A stretch of 64,000 bases of DNA from an uncultured delta proteobacterium (lineage in GTDB: Bacteria > Myxococcota_A > Polyangia > Polyangiales > Polyangiaceae): NCBI GenBank assembly GCA_963782055.1, contig CAWAIF010000003.1:2880001-2944000 (forward strand). The letters are read 5' to 3'. Position numbers and translations under genes: made by a program. Positions 1 to 10,124 of the stretch are shown here, in pieces; position 1 is the stretch's first letter; each line of letters opens with the position of its first letter. The notes beneath the pieces are model-generated. The model made no database searches. It saw only the letters and a program-made list of their open reading frames with translations, and had not been told where the DNA came from.

Positions 1-295
1 CACCATCGCCGCCCACGAGAGCGCCCTCACCCGGGCCGCCCACGTCGTGCTCCCGGCCACGTCCTGGGCGGAGCACTCCGGCACCTACGTCAACGCCAAG
101 GGCCTGCGCCAGGTCGCCGAGAAGGCGCTCGAGCCCCAGGGCACGAGCGAGCCGGGCTGGCGTCAGCTCGCCGAGCTCGCCACGGCGCTCGGCTACGAGC
201 CCACCTGGAGCAAGCTCAAGGAGATCCGCGTGAAGCTGGGCACGCCGGATCCCAAGCTCGAAGTCCTCCCCACCACCTCCACCCAGCTGGTGTGA
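1..295 (+). CDS. nuoG: NADH-quinone oxidoreductase subunit G, C-terminal part (truncated by window edge)
   Basis: Frame reads ...AHVVLPATSWAEHSGTYVNAKG..., the molybdopterin-oxidoreductase-family C-terminal motif; GTGA overlap with nuoH. Confidence 0.8.
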   Translation, partial: TIAAHESALTRAAHVVLPATSWAEHSGTYVNAKGLRQVAEKALEPQGTSEPGWRQLAELATALGYEPTWSKLKEIRVKLGTPDPKLEVLPTTSTQLV

Positions 296-1665
296 CGATG
301 ACGTGGTCGATGATCGGTTGGACCTTCCTCAAGATCGCCATCATGGTGGGCGTGGTCGTCAACGGCGCCGCCATCCTCACCTGGTACGACCGCCGCGGCG
401 GCGCGCTGATGCAGGATCGCGTCGGCCCCAACCGCGCCGTCGTGAAGGTGTTCGGCCGCGAGTTCCGGCTCGCGGGCATGCTCCATCCCCTGGCGGACGG
501 CCTGAAGTTCTTCTTCAAGGAGGACTACATGCCGCCGCGCGCCGACAAGCTGCTCTTCGGCCTGGCGCCCATCCTCTCCATGATGCCCGTCATCGCGCTC
601 GTCGCGGTGATCCCCTTCGGGGACACGGTCTGCCCGAACGAGTTCGTGCACGGCGCCATCGTCTCGCGCTACGGCGTGTGCGGCGTGGAGCTCGGCGCTC
701 ACCACACGGTCTGGGCGCCCATCCAGCTCATGGTGGCGCCGCTCAACGTGGGCCTGCTCTACATCTTCGCCATGGCGGGGCAGGGCATCGTCGGCGCGGC
801 GATCGCCGGCTGGTCCAGCGACAACAAGTACTCCCTGATGGGAGCGCTGCGCGCCGCCAGCCAGATGGTCAGCTACGAGGTGGCCATGGGCCTGTCCCTC
901 GTCGGCACCATGATGCTCTACGGCACCATCCGCCTGGACGACATGGTCCGCTGGCAGGGCGAGCACACCTGGGGCATCTTCGTCCAGCCGCTGGCGTTCT
1001 TCCTCTTCTTCGCCGCGGTCACCGCCGAGTCGAAGCGCATCCCCTTCGATCTGCCGGAGGCGGAGAGCGAGCTGGTGAGCGGGTACTTCACCGAGTACTC
1101 GGGCATGAAGTTCGGCATGTTCTACTTCGCCGAGTACATGGAGGTCATCACCAGCTCGATGCTGATCGTGACCCTCTTCCTCGGCGGGTGGGAGCTGCCC
1201 TTCTTGCACCGCGACGGCCTGACGATCGCCTTCGGCGGGCAGACCCTGCTTCACGCCGGCATCGCGCACTGGGGGATGATCCTCATCAACGTGCTCGCCT
1301 TCTTCGGCAAGGTCGCCGTGATCTGCCTCGTGCAGGCGCAGATCCGCTGGAGCCTCCCGCGCTTCCGCTACGACCAGCTCCAGAAGCTCGGCTGGCGGGT
1401 GATGCTGCCGCTCGCCCTGGCCAACCTGCTGGTGACGGCGGTGGCGTACCTCGCCGTGGACCACGCCGGCGCCAACCTCTGGAACGGCCTGGACATCGTC
1501 GCGGAGTTGACCCAGGCGATCGTGGCGGTCCTGGTGACCTACGGCGTGCTGCGCGGCATCGTGGGGTTCTTCAGACCGCAGCAGCACCAACCCTGGATCG
1601 TCGGCTCCGAGGCCAAGCTCGCCTCGGCCGCCGGCGGGACGGCCACCGGGCCGATGCAGCGCTGA
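292..1665 (+). CDS. nuoH: NADH-quinone oxidoreductase subunit H
   Basis: QDRVGPN, ADGLKFFFKE, GALRAASQMVSYE, RIPFDLPEAESELVSGYFTEYSG, LPRFRYDQL motifs; many TM segments. Start may be ATG 298. Confidence 0.97.
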   Translation: MTMTWSMIGWTFLKIAIMVGVVVNGAAILTWYDRRGGALMQDRVGPNRAVVKVFGREFRLAGMLHPLADGLKFFFKEDYMPPRADKLLFGLAPILSMMPVIALVAVIPFGDTVCPNEFVHGAIVSRYGVCGVELGAHHTVWAPIQLMVAPLNVGLLYIFAMAGQGIVGAAIAGWSSDNKYSLMGALRAASQMVSYEVAMGLSLVGTMMLYGTIRLDDMVRWQGEHTWGIFVQPLAFFLFFAAVTAESKRIPFDLPEAESELVSGYFTEYSGMKFGMFYFAEYMEVITSSMLIVTLFLGGWELPFLHRDGLTIAFGGQTLLHAGIAHWGMILINVLAFFGKVAVICLVQAQIRWSLPRFRYDQLQKLGWRVMLPLALANLLVTAVAYLAVDHAGANLWNGLDIVAELTQAIVAVLVTYGVLRGIVGFFRPQQHQPWIVGSEAKLASAAGGTATGPMQR

Positions 1666-1679
1666 CGGGAGAATCATTG

Positions 1680-2336
1680 ATGGGTCAAGCATTTCCCAAG
1701 AAGCCGCCCCAGCCCCCGAAGGCGACGCCCGTCGTCCACGCCGAGCGGACCTTCACCACGCAGGCCTACCTCCCCGCGATCTTCGAGGGCCTCTCGCAGT
1801 CCTTCCGGCATCTATTCCGCAACGCGCGGCAGGTGATCCGGGGCCAGCAGCCCGACCCGATCACCGAGCGCCTGGAGGACGGGGTCACGACGATCTCCTA
1901 CCCGGAGCAGCGGCGCCCCTACCCGGAGCGCTTCCGCGGTGTCCACCGCCTGACGCAGCGAGAGGACGGCAGCCCCCGCTGCGTGGCGTGCCTCTGCTGC
2001 TCCACGGCGTGCCCGGCGCAGTGCATCTTCATCGAGCCGGGGGAGTACGAGCCGGGCGACAAGCGCCGGGGCTACGAGCGCTACCCGGTCAAGTTCGTCA
2101 TCGACGAGCTACGCTGTATCTTCTGCGGGTACTGCGTCGAGGCCTGCCCCTGCGACGCCATCCGCATGGATACAGGCGCCCACGCCGCCCCGTACGACTC
2201 GCGCGAGCAGTTCATCTACGCCAAGGAGCTCCTGCTCCACATCCCGGGCCGGGACGGCAATTTCCTCACCGAGAACCCGCGCCACGAGCCCGGGGATGCC
2301 ACGCACCCCGGCCTGACGCGCGAGCACAGGCACTGA
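1680..2336 (+). CDS. nuoI: NADH-quinone oxidoreductase subunit I (2x[4Fe-4S])
   Basis: TISYPEQ, RFRGVH, CVACLCCSTACP and CIFCGYCVEACP; ATG 1680 after GGGAG. Confidence 0.95.
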   Translation: MGQAFPKKPPQPPKATPVVHAERTFTTQAYLPAIFEGLSQSFRHLFRNARQVIRGQQPDPITERLEDGVTTISYPEQRRPYPERFRGVHRLTQREDGSPRCVACLCCSTACPAQCIFIEPGEYEPGDKRRGYERYPVKFVIDELRCIFCGYCVEACPCDAIRMDTGAHAAPYDSREQFIYAKELLLHIPGRDGNFLTENPRHEPGDATHPGLTREHRH

Positions 2337-2556
2337 GAGGTCGCAGGGGCGGCGCCCTCCGCCTCTCCCCACGCGGGCCCCTCGCGGGCGTGGCCGGCTG
2401 ACGTCAGCGGGCGACGTGACCGGCGGCGCGATTGACGCGGGGCATCGTGGCCGTCTTTCCGTGCGTATCGGGTAGCTTGTGCCGGCTCCTTTCCGGTACC
2501 ATCGCGGCCCACAACGCGCGCCCGGTGTCGTCGTGCCCGGGCGCCGGGAGACCACC

Positions 2557-5500
2557 TTGAGCGCCAACATCGACATCCTGCGCAGTGAGCTCGAGCGGCT
2601 TTTCTCGCTCGAGGAGATGACGCAAATCAGCGAGCTCGTCGGCCTGGGGCCGGAGCAGGTCGGAGGTCAGACGGCGAAGGCCACCTTCGCCCGCGCGCTC
2701 GCCGAGCACTGCGTGGAGGGCGATCGCGTCGAGGCCCTGGTCGACGCGGTGCTGTCGATGCGCAAGGAGGTCGACCCGCGCCTGCGCGACGTCGCCGCGC
2801 TGCTCGGTGAGCCGGAGCTCCCGCCCGGCAAGGAGTTCGGTGCGTTCACCATCGACAAGAAGCTCTCCGCCACCGAGATGGGCGTCGTCTACCTCGCCAA
2901 GCGCGACGGCACCGCGCACATCCTCAAGACCCTGCGCCGCGAGGCCGCGCGCGATCGCCGCGCCGTGCACCGCTTCCTCACGCGCAACCGCCTCGTCGCC
3001 AAGGTCCAGCACGAGGGTCTGCCCAAGAACATCGACGCCGGAGAGGTGGAGGGCACCTTCTACGTCGCCTACGAGAACGTCGACGCGCAGCCGCTCGCCG
3101 CGCGCTTCGCGCGGACCGGGCCGTCGCACATCAACGAGCTGCGCCCCATCCTGCGCGGCATCCTGGAGCCGCTCGCCGCGCTCCACAAGGCGCAGCTCTC
3201 CCACGGCGACCTGAAGCTGGATCACGCTCTCGTCGCGCGCGGCGGCGACGCCCACTCGGCGAAGGTCGTGCTCATCGACTTCGGCGGGGATCGCCTTCGC
3301 CCGCGCATGACCCCCACGACGGGGCAGTTCGGGCTGCTCGCCGTCTACGGCTCCCCCAAGACGATCGCCCCCGAGCAGGTGCGCGGCAAGCCGGGGGACG
3401 CCAAGACCGACGTCTACGCCTTCGGGGCGATGCTCTACGAGCTGCTCAGCGGCAAGCCGGTCTTCCCCGCCGACAGCCCCTCCGACGCCGCGTTCGCGCA
3501 CCTCAAGGAGACGCCGGAGCCGCCCAGCTCCAAGGCCCCGCGCGGCTGGGTCACCAAGGAGGTCGACGCCTTCGTCCTCTCGCTGCTCGCGAAGGATCCC
3601 GCGCAGCGCCCGCGCGACGCCGCCGCCCTGCTCGACGTGATGGAGACGCTCGGCAAGCCCGCCGCCGCCGCCAAGGCGCCCGCGCAGCTCCTCCCGCAGG
3701 AGAAGGTGGACGAGCTGGTGGACGCGCTCGTCGCCATGCCGGAGGACGCCGAGGCGGCCATCGCCCTGGAGAAGGCGGTGGACCAGGTGGCCGACCCGGC
3801 CAAGATCGCCGAGGCCTTCGCCATCGCCGCCGATCAGCTCGAGGTCAAGACCGACGACGACAAGGAGACCAAGAAGAGCCTGCTCTACCGCGCCGCGCGC
3901 ATCTTCGACAACCAGGCGAAGGACAAGCCCAGGGCCGAGGACATGTACTCGCTCATCTGCGAGGTCGACCCCGACGACGACGTCGCCCAGGTCGCCCTGG
4001 AGGAGGTGCGCAAGGCGCAGGGCAAGTACGAGGAGATCGTCGAGATGCTCCTCGGCCGCAGCGAGAAGGCGGAGCCCGGCGAGGCGCGCGCCCGCATCAT
4101 GTCGGAGATCGGCCGCCTCTACACCTCCGAGCTGGACGACGCGGAGCAGGCGCTCGTCGCCTACACGCAGGCGCTGTGCGAGCTCCCCACCGACGACGAG
4201 ATCGTCTCGGAGGTGGAGCGCCTGGCCGGCCACAAGGCCGAGCGCTGGCACGAGGTGCTCGGCACGCTGACGGAGGCGGTGAAGATCGAGGGCCTCGCCG
4301 CCGCCGACCGCAACGCGCTGCTCGCGCTGGCGGGCCGGTGGTACGAGAGCAAGATCTCCCGCGCCGACATGGCGCTGATGGCCTACCAGCAGATCATGGT
4401 GACCGACCCGGCGAGCGACGTGGCCACCGAGGGCCTCACCAACATCTACCGCAAGGCGCAGCAGTGGCCGGAGCTCGCCGCCATCCTGCTCGCGCGCGCC
4501 GACGCCGCCGGCGCGAGCCCCAAGGGCCGCGACCTGCGCACCGAGGCCGGCGAGATCTTCGAGAACAAGCTGGGCGACGTGAAGCGCGCCAAGGACATCT
4601 ACGGCGCGGTGCTCGCCGACGACCCGGGCCACGCCCGCGCGGGGGAGGCTCTCGCTCGGATCGCCGAGCGGGAAGGGGACTTCCAGACGCTCGTCACCCT
4701 CCTGGAGAGCCGCGCGGAGGCCCGCCGCGGCCAGGAGCGCGCCGAGATCCTCGGCAAGATCGCCGAGGCGTACGAGGACCACCTCGGCGATCTGAACGAG
4801 GCCACCCGCCGCTACGAGGCCGTGCTCGCCATCGACCCGGAGAACCTCGGCGCCCTCAAGGGCCTCGACCGCATCTTCAACCGCACCGGCCGCTACCGCG
4901 AGCTCCTGGAGGTCCTGGAGCGGCAGGTGAGCGTCGCCGCCACCCCGCGCCAGAAGATCAACCTCTTCGAGCGCATGGCCGCGCTCTACGACGAGGAGTT
5001 CCTCGACCACGCGAAGGCCGCCGAGGCTCTGGAGTCCATCCTGGCGATCGACGCGGCGAACGACGGAGCCCTCACCGGGCTGGCCCGCCATTACCGCGCG
5101 CAGGGCAAGTGGGAAGAGGTCGTGAAGCTCTACGAGCGGCACGCCGCCACGACGACCGACGAGTCCCGCCGCGTCGAGCTGCTGCTCACCCGCGCGCGCA
5201 CCCTCGCCGACCAGGTGGGCTCGCCGGAGCGCGCCACGCACGCCTACGAGCAGGTCCTGGAGATGGTGCCCGGCCACGGCGGCGCGCTGGAGGCGCTCGC
5301 CCGCCTCCGCGAGGCCAGCGGCGACGCCAACGCCGCCCTCACGGCCATCGAGGCCCTCGCCGCCAAGGCGCAGACGCCCGAGCAGAAGGCGGAGACGTGG
5401 ATCCGCGCGGCCAAGCTGCTGGAGTCGCGCGGGGACCGCGACGGCGCGATCGAGCGCTACAAGCTCGCCCTCGAGGCGAACCCCAAGGACACCTTCGCGA

Positions 5501-7944
5501 GCGCCGCCCTGCGCGCCGCTTACGCCGCGCGCGGTGACGCGTCGTCGGTCGTCGACCTCATCGAGAAGGAGCTCGCCGTCGCCGAGGGCAACATGGCCAA
5601 GGCGCGCCTTCAGGCGGAGCTCGCCAAGCTGTATCGCAACCAGCTCAAGGAGGAGGTCAAGGCGGAGAACAGCGCCAAGCTCGCCGTCGAGCTCGACCCC
5701 ACCAACTCCGACGCGCAGATGGTCCTGGGCGATCTCGCCTACGACAAGCAGCGCTACCTCGAGGCGTCCAAGTACTACGAGCAGCTCGTCGGCCGCTCCG
5801 GCGTCCTCGCGAAGGAGGACGCCATCCGCGTGCTGCTTCGCTTCGTGGAGGCTGCGGGAAAGATCACGCCGAGCACGACGATGGCGCCGCCCTCCGGCTC
5901 GTCGCCCGACCTCTCCGGCTCCGGCCCGAAGCCCGCGGCCAACCCGCGCGTTCTCGTGGCGGTGGAGGCCCTGCAGAAGCTCGCCCCCGGCGACATGGAG
6001 ACGGGCGCCCAGGCCGCCAAGGCCGTCTTCGAGTTCGGCGACCCGCAGACCGCCCGCAAGATGTACGAGGAGCTGCTCGACAAGTTCGGCTCCAAGATGG
6101 TCGGCAGCGATCGCGCCGAGGCCCTCTACGGCCTGGGCGAGAGCGCCCGCCGCAACGGCGACGTGGACTTCGCCATCAAGCCGCTCAAGGAGGCGTGCGA
6201 CGCCGACCCGTCCAACCCGCGGCCGCTGCGCGCCCTCGCCCGCTGCTACGAGGCCAAGGAGAACTGGAAGGAGGCGATCCGCATCAAGCGCCGCCGCCTG
6301 GACATGGCCGTCGGCGGGGAGCGCTTCGAGCTGCTCCTGGAGATCGGCGACATGGAGTCGCAGAAGCTCTCCGACCGCGCCGGCGCTTCCAAGACGTACG
6401 CCGCCGCCCTGGAGGAGCGCCCGGACGACCGCAAGCTGCTCACCCGCCTGATGCAGCTCTACTCGGAGGAGAAGGACTGGACCAAGCTGGTCGAGGTCGT
6501 GCTCCGCCTCGCCGATTTCGTCGAGGACCCGAAGCAGCGGGCCAAGTACATGCAGACGGCCGCGACGATCTCGGCGCGACAGATCGGCGACGTCGACACC
6601 GCGCTCACCTACTACGACCGCGCGCTGGAGTTCGACCCGACGCTGAGCAAAGCCAACGAGGAGGCTCTCGAGCTGTGCAAGCAGAAGGGCGACCACGACG
6701 GCGTCGAGCGCATGCTGCAGCTCCAGCTCGAGCAGGCGAAGCAGGCGCAGGACCGCGTGAAGATCCCGCGCATCCTGGACCAGCTCGCGGACCTCTATCA
6801 CAAGTTCCTCGGCGAGCCGGAGATGGCCATCGACGCCTACGAGGCGGCGCAGGCCTTCGATCCGGACAACAAGGAGCGCGGGGAGGTGCTCGCCGAGCTC
6901 TACGCGAGCGACGTCACGCAGTACCTGGACAAGGCGGTCAAGGCGCAGACGGTCATCTTGCGCAAGAACCCTTACCGCGTGGAGAGCTACAAGCTGCTCC
7001 GCCGCCTCTACACCGAGGGCAAGCGCCCCGACCCGGCGTGGTGCCTCTGTCAGGCGCTGAGCGTGCTCAACCTCGCGGAGCCGGACGAGGAGCGCTTCTA
7101 CCGCCGCCACAAGGCGGACAACGCGGCGCCTGCCCAGTCTGCGCTCAACGAGGAGGACTGGCAGGCGCTCGCCCACTACGAGCAGGACGTGGTGCTCACC
7201 CGCATCTTCGCGATGATCCAGCCGACGATCATCCGCACGCGCACCCAGCCCCTGGAGCAGCTCGGCTACGACCCGCGCTACGCGATCGACCTCTCCCTGC
7301 ACCCGTACCCGGTCTCGCAGACCCTGTACTACGTCCAGGGCGTGCTCGGCATGCAGGCGCCGATGGTCTTCCAGAACCCGAACGACCCGGCGGGTCTGGG
7401 CTTCATCCACGCGCACACGCCGGCGATCGTCCTCGGCCGCGCCGCCTTCGAGGCGCAGGTCCCCACGCAGTCGATGGCCTTCGTCGCCGGGCGCCACCTC
7501 GCCTACTACCGGCCCGGCTACTACGTGCGTCACCTCATCCCCACGGGCACCGGGCTCAAGGCGTGGCTCTTCGCCGCGATCAAGACCTGCGTGCCGCAGT
7601 TTCCCATCTCGGCCGACCTGCAGGGCCCGGTGCAGGAGTCCATGCAGGCGATGGCGCCGGACTTCCACGGCGCCCAGAAGGAGCGCCTCTCCAGCCTCGT
7701 CTCCAAGCTAATCCAGACCGGCGCCTCCCTCGACCTGAAGAAGTGGACCGCGTCGATCGATCTCACCGCCGACCGCGCCGGCTTCCTGCTCGCTCACGAC
7801 CTGCAGATGGCGACGGAGGTGATCCGCGCCACCGAAGACGGTGCGAGCGTCCCCGGCAAGGAGCGAGTAAAAGAGGTGGTGCTCTTCAGCGTGAGCGAGG
7901 AATACTTCGGGCTTCGCCAGAAGCTCGGCATCGCCATCGAATAA
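2557..7944 (+). CDS. Giant protein: N-terminal helical EAD/death-like domain, degenerate Ser/Thr kinase domain, long TPR array, C-terminal M48-like pseudo-peptidase domain
   Basis: HGDLKLDH, IDFG, APEQ, DVYAFGAMLYELLSG; repeated TPR motifs (YEAVLAIDPEN, YKLALEANPKD); C-terminal TADRAGFLL. TTG 2557 preceded by GGGAG. Confidence 0.85.
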   Translation: MSANIDILRSELERLFSLEEMTQISELVGLGPEQVGGQTAKATFARALAEHCVEGDRVEALVDAVLSMRKEVDPRLRDVAALLGEPELPPGKEFGAFTIDKKLSATEMGVVYLAKRDGTAHILKTLRREAARDRRAVHRFLTRNRLVAKVQHEGLPKNIDAGEVEGTFYVAYENVDAQPLAARFARTGPSHINELRPILRGILEPLAALHKAQLSHGDLKLDHALVARGGDAHSAKVVLIDFGGDRLRPRMTPTTGQFGLLAVYGSPKTIAPEQVRGKPGDAKTDVYAFGAMLYELLSGKPVFPADSPSDAAFAHLKETPEPPSSKAPRGWVTKEVDAFVLSLLAKDPAQRPRDAAALLDVMETLGKPAAAAKAPAQLLPQEKVDELVDALVAMPEDAEAAIALEKAVDQVADPAKIAEAFAIAADQLEVKTDDDKETKKSLLYRAARIFDNQAKDKPRAEDMYSLICEVDPDDDVAQVALEEVRKAQGKYEEIVEMLLGRSEKAEPGEARARIMSEIGRLYTSELDDAEQALVAYTQALCELPTDDEIVSEVERLAGHKAERWHEVLGTLTEAVKIEGLAAADRNALLALAGRWYESKISRADMALMAYQQIMVTDPASDVATEGLTNIYRKAQQWPELAAILLARADAAGASPKGRDLRTEAGEIFENKLGDVKRAKDIYGAVLADDPGHARAGEALARIAEREGDFQTLVTLLESRAEARRGQERAEILGKIAEAYEDHLGDLNEATRRYEAVLAIDPENLGALKGLDRIFNRTGRYRELLEVLERQVSVAATPRQKINLFERMAALYDEEFLDHAKAAEALESILAIDAANDGALTGLARHYRAQGKWEEVVKLYERHAATTTDESRRVELLLTRARTLADQVGSPERATHAYEQVLEMVPGHGGALEALARLREASGDANAALTAIEALAAKAQTPEQKAETWIRAAKLLESRGDRDGAIERYKLALEANPKDTFASAALRAAYAARGDASSVVDLIEKELAVAEGNMAKARLQAELAKLYRNQLKEEVKAENSAKLAVELDPTNSDAQMVLGDLAYDKQRYLEASKYYEQLVGRSGVLAKEDAIRVLLRFVEAAGKITPSTTMAPPSGSSPDLSGSGPKPAANPRVLVAVEALQKLAPGDMETGAQAAKAVFEFGDPQTARKMYEELLDKFGSKMVGSDRAEALYGLGESARRNGDVDFAIKPLKEACDADPSNPRPLRALARCYEAKENWKEAIRIKRRRLDMAVGGERFELLLEIGDMESQKLSDRAGASKTYAAALEERPDDRKLLTRLMQLYSEEKDWTKLVEVVLRLADFVEDPKQRAKYMQTAATISARQIGDVDTALTYYDRALEFDPTLSKANEEALELCKQKGDHDGVERMLQLQLEQAKQAQDRVKIPRILDQLADLYHKFLGEPEMAIDAYEAAQAFDPDNKERGEVLAELYASDVTQYLDKAVKAQTVILRKNPYRVESYKLLRRLYTEGKRPDPAWCLCQALSVLNLAEPDEERFYRRHKADNAAPAQSALNEEDWQALAHYEQDVVLTRIFAMIQPTIIRTRTQPLEQLGYDPRYAIDLSLHPYPVSQTLYYVQGVLGMQAPMVFQNPNDPAGLGFIHAHTPAIVLGRAAFEAQVPTQSMAFVAGRHLAYYRPGYYVRHLIPTGTGLKAWLFAAIKTCVPQFPISADLQGPVQESMQAMAPDFHGAQKERLSSLVSKLIQTGASLDLKKWTASIDLTADRAGFLLAHDLQMATEVIRATEDGASVPGKERVKEVVLFSVSEEYFGLRQKLGIAIE

Positions 7945-7964
7945 GGACAGGGGGACCACCCACC

Positions 7965-8753
7965 ATGCGCAAATTGATCATCATCGCGGCGGCGTGCGCG
8001 CTCGTCGCCTGCAGCTCCGACGACACCAACAACAACGGCGACGCGGGCGGCGGCAACGACGCGGGCGGTGAGGCCGCGGGCAACATGGCGACGCAGACCG
8101 GCCGGATCGTCGACTTCGACAACAGCGCGCCGGTCAAGGGAGCGACGATCACCCTCAGCCCGCTCAACATCACCACCACGACCGACAACAAGGGCGCCTA
8201 CAGCGTCTCGGTGCCGAAGGGCACGCCCTACACGATGAGCGTGACGGCCCCGACGTACCTGAAGCTCATCGAGCAGGAGTGGCAGCTCAGCGGCGACACC
8301 GACCGGGGGGACACCAGCTTCGTGTCCACGGCGACGGAGAGCACCCTGCAGCTCACCCTGAGCGGGTACGACAGCTCGCTCGCCGTGCTCAGCGTGCAGG
8401 CGATCGCCACCGGGAGCTGCACCTCGGTGACGGGCGCGACCATCGCCATCGAGCCGCCCGGGCAGTCCAAGGTGAAGTACTTCGCCGGCGGTTTCCCCAG
8501 CAACACCGCGACGGCCGTCACCGACGGCCAGCTCCCCTCGGTCATCATCTACAACATCGACCCCACCGCGCCGTTCAAGGTCGTCGTGACCCCTCCCGAC
8601 GCCGACGCGGGCGCCGACGCCGGCCCGGCGAGCAGCTGCAAGGCCGCAGCCTTCCCCTTCGTCGACCCGAAGCTCGCGACGGTCACCTACACGGGCAACG
8701 TCACCGTCGAGCCCACCGACGCGGCGTCGTTCATGCGCGTGTACATGGAGTGA
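7965..8753 (+). CDS. Lipoprotein with carboxypeptidase-regulatory-like beta-sandwich domain
   Basis: Signal/lipobox MRKLIIIAAACALVAC; GRIVD...PVKGATITL...TTTDNKGAYS; high GC3 frame. Confidence 0.75.
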   Translation: MRKLIIIAAACALVACSSDDTNNNGDAGGGNDAGGEAAGNMATQTGRIVDFDNSAPVKGATITLSPLNITTTTDNKGAYSVSVPKGTPYTMSVTAPTYLKLIEQEWQLSGDTDRGDTSFVSTATESTLQLTLSGYDSSLAVLSVQAIATGSCTSVTGATIAIEPPGQSKVKYFAGGFPSNTATAVTDGQLPSVIIYNIDPTAPFKVVVTPPDADAGADAGPASSCKAAAFPFVDPKLATVTYTGNVTVEPTDAASFMRVYME

Positions 8754-10108
8754 TGCGAAGCGGCCCGGTCCTCGCGCTCGCGCTGCTCTCGGCGTGCAGC
8801 GGCTGCAAGAGCGAGAAGGCGCCGTCCGCCGCGAAGGACACGCCTCCGCCGTCGCCGGCCGCGGTGCACGATGCGGCCCCGGAGGCCGCGGTCGCGCCCA
8901 CCATCCCGAAGGACCTCAACGTCCTGCTCATCACCATCGACTGCCTGCGCGCCGACATGCCGTGGGAGGGCTACAAGCGCCCCATCGCTCCCCGCCTGAC
9001 GAAGCTCGCCGAGAAGGCGGTCGTGTACACGCACGAGTACTCGATGTCGTCGTACACATCGATGAGCCTCGGCGGCATGCTCGGCGGCAAGCCCCCCGGG
9101 GAGCTTCTGCGCAGCGGGTACTTCTTCGGCATCTACCCCCGCAAGAACCTCTTTTACCCGGAGATCCTCCAGAAGGCGGGCATCCACACCGTCACCGCGC
9201 ACGCGCACGGCTACTTCAAGACCGCCGGCTTCGATCAGGGCTTCGACGACTACGAGATGGTCCCGAACCTGAAGTGGAACGCCCAGACGGACGAGAACAT
9301 CACCTCGCCCCAGCTCGAGGGCATCGCCGAGAAGCAGCTCGGCGATCCCAAGAACGACAACCACCGCTTCTTCGCCTGGTACCACTTCCTCGACCCGCAC
9401 GATCAGTACCTGCCGCACGAGGGGATCTTCTACGGCAACACCTACCGCGACAAGTACGACGCCGAGGTCACCTTCACCAACCGCTACATCGGCAAGCTCC
9501 TGGACTTCGTGAAGAGCGAGCCGTGGGGCGCGCGCACCGCCATCATCGTGACGGCGGACCACGGGGAGGCCTTCGGCGAACACGGGATGCTGCGCCACGG
9601 CTTCCAGGTCTGGGAGAACCTCATCCGCGTGCCGCTCCTGGTGGTGATCCCGGGCATCAAGCCGCGCCGCATCGACCTGCCGCGCAGCGCGGTGGACATC
9701 GCGCCGACGCTGCTGGACCTCTTCGGCCTCCCGCCCGAGCCGACCTTCGAGGGCCGCTCGCTGTTGCCCGAGCTGCGCGGCGAGTGCGACGCCGGCGACG
9801 ATTGCGGCCCGCGCGACGTGCTGGTCGATCTCCCCGCGACCAGCGACAGCGACCGCCGCCGCGCCCTCATCCACGGCCACATGAAGATCATCGCCTTCGG
9901 CGAGAGCGAGTACATGCAGGTCTTCGACCTGGACGCCGACCCCGGCGAGGAGCACCCCATCGTCAAGGGGCCGGAGTACCAGGACATGGTGAAGCGCTAC
10001 CGCGCTCGCGTGAAGACGATGAAGGACCTGGAGCCCTACTCGTGCAACAAGGGGTGCCTCAACGGGGCGTACTCCAAGCCCGCCGACGCCGGCGCCGCCG
10101 GCAAGTGA
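8753..10108 (+). CDS. Sulfatase-like hydrolase/transferase (alkaline phosphatase superfamily), lipoprotein
   Basis: NVLLITIDCLRAD, HFLDPHDQY, YDAEV, TADHGEAFGEHG, RVPLLV; lipobox LSAC; TGATG coupling to upstream gene. Confidence 0.88.
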   Translation: MRSGPVLALALLSACSGCKSEKAPSAAKDTPPPSPAAVHDAAPEAAVAPTIPKDLNVLLITIDCLRADMPWEGYKRPIAPRLTKLAEKAVVYTHEYSMSSYTSMSLGGMLGGKPPGELLRSGYFFGIYPRKNLFYPEILQKAGIHTVTAHAHGYFKTAGFDQGFDDYEMVPNLKWNAQTDENITSPQLEGIAEKQLGDPKNDNHRFFAWYHFLDPHDQYLPHEGIFYGNTYRDKYDAEVTFTNRYIGKLLDFVKSEPWGARTAIIVTADHGEAFGEHGMLRHGFQVWENLIRVPLLVVIPGIKPRRIDLPRSAVDIAPTLLDLFGLPPEPTFEGRSLLPELRGECDAGDDCGPRDVLVDLPATSDSDRRRALIHGHMKIIAFGESEYMQVFDLDADPGEEHPIVKGPEYQDMVKRYRARVKTMKDLEPYSCNKGCLNGAYSKPADAGAAGK

Positions 10109-10124
10109 ACCGAGGCCAGTCGCC

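Noticed and set aside
2404..7668. Long antisense/alternative-frame ORFs (e.g. 2404-7668 -, 14466-17717 -, 41595-45269 +, 59601-61313 -)
   Set aside because: Shadow ORFs expected in very high-GC DNA opposite or overlapping well-supported genes; Arg/Ala/Gly-rich with no motifs.
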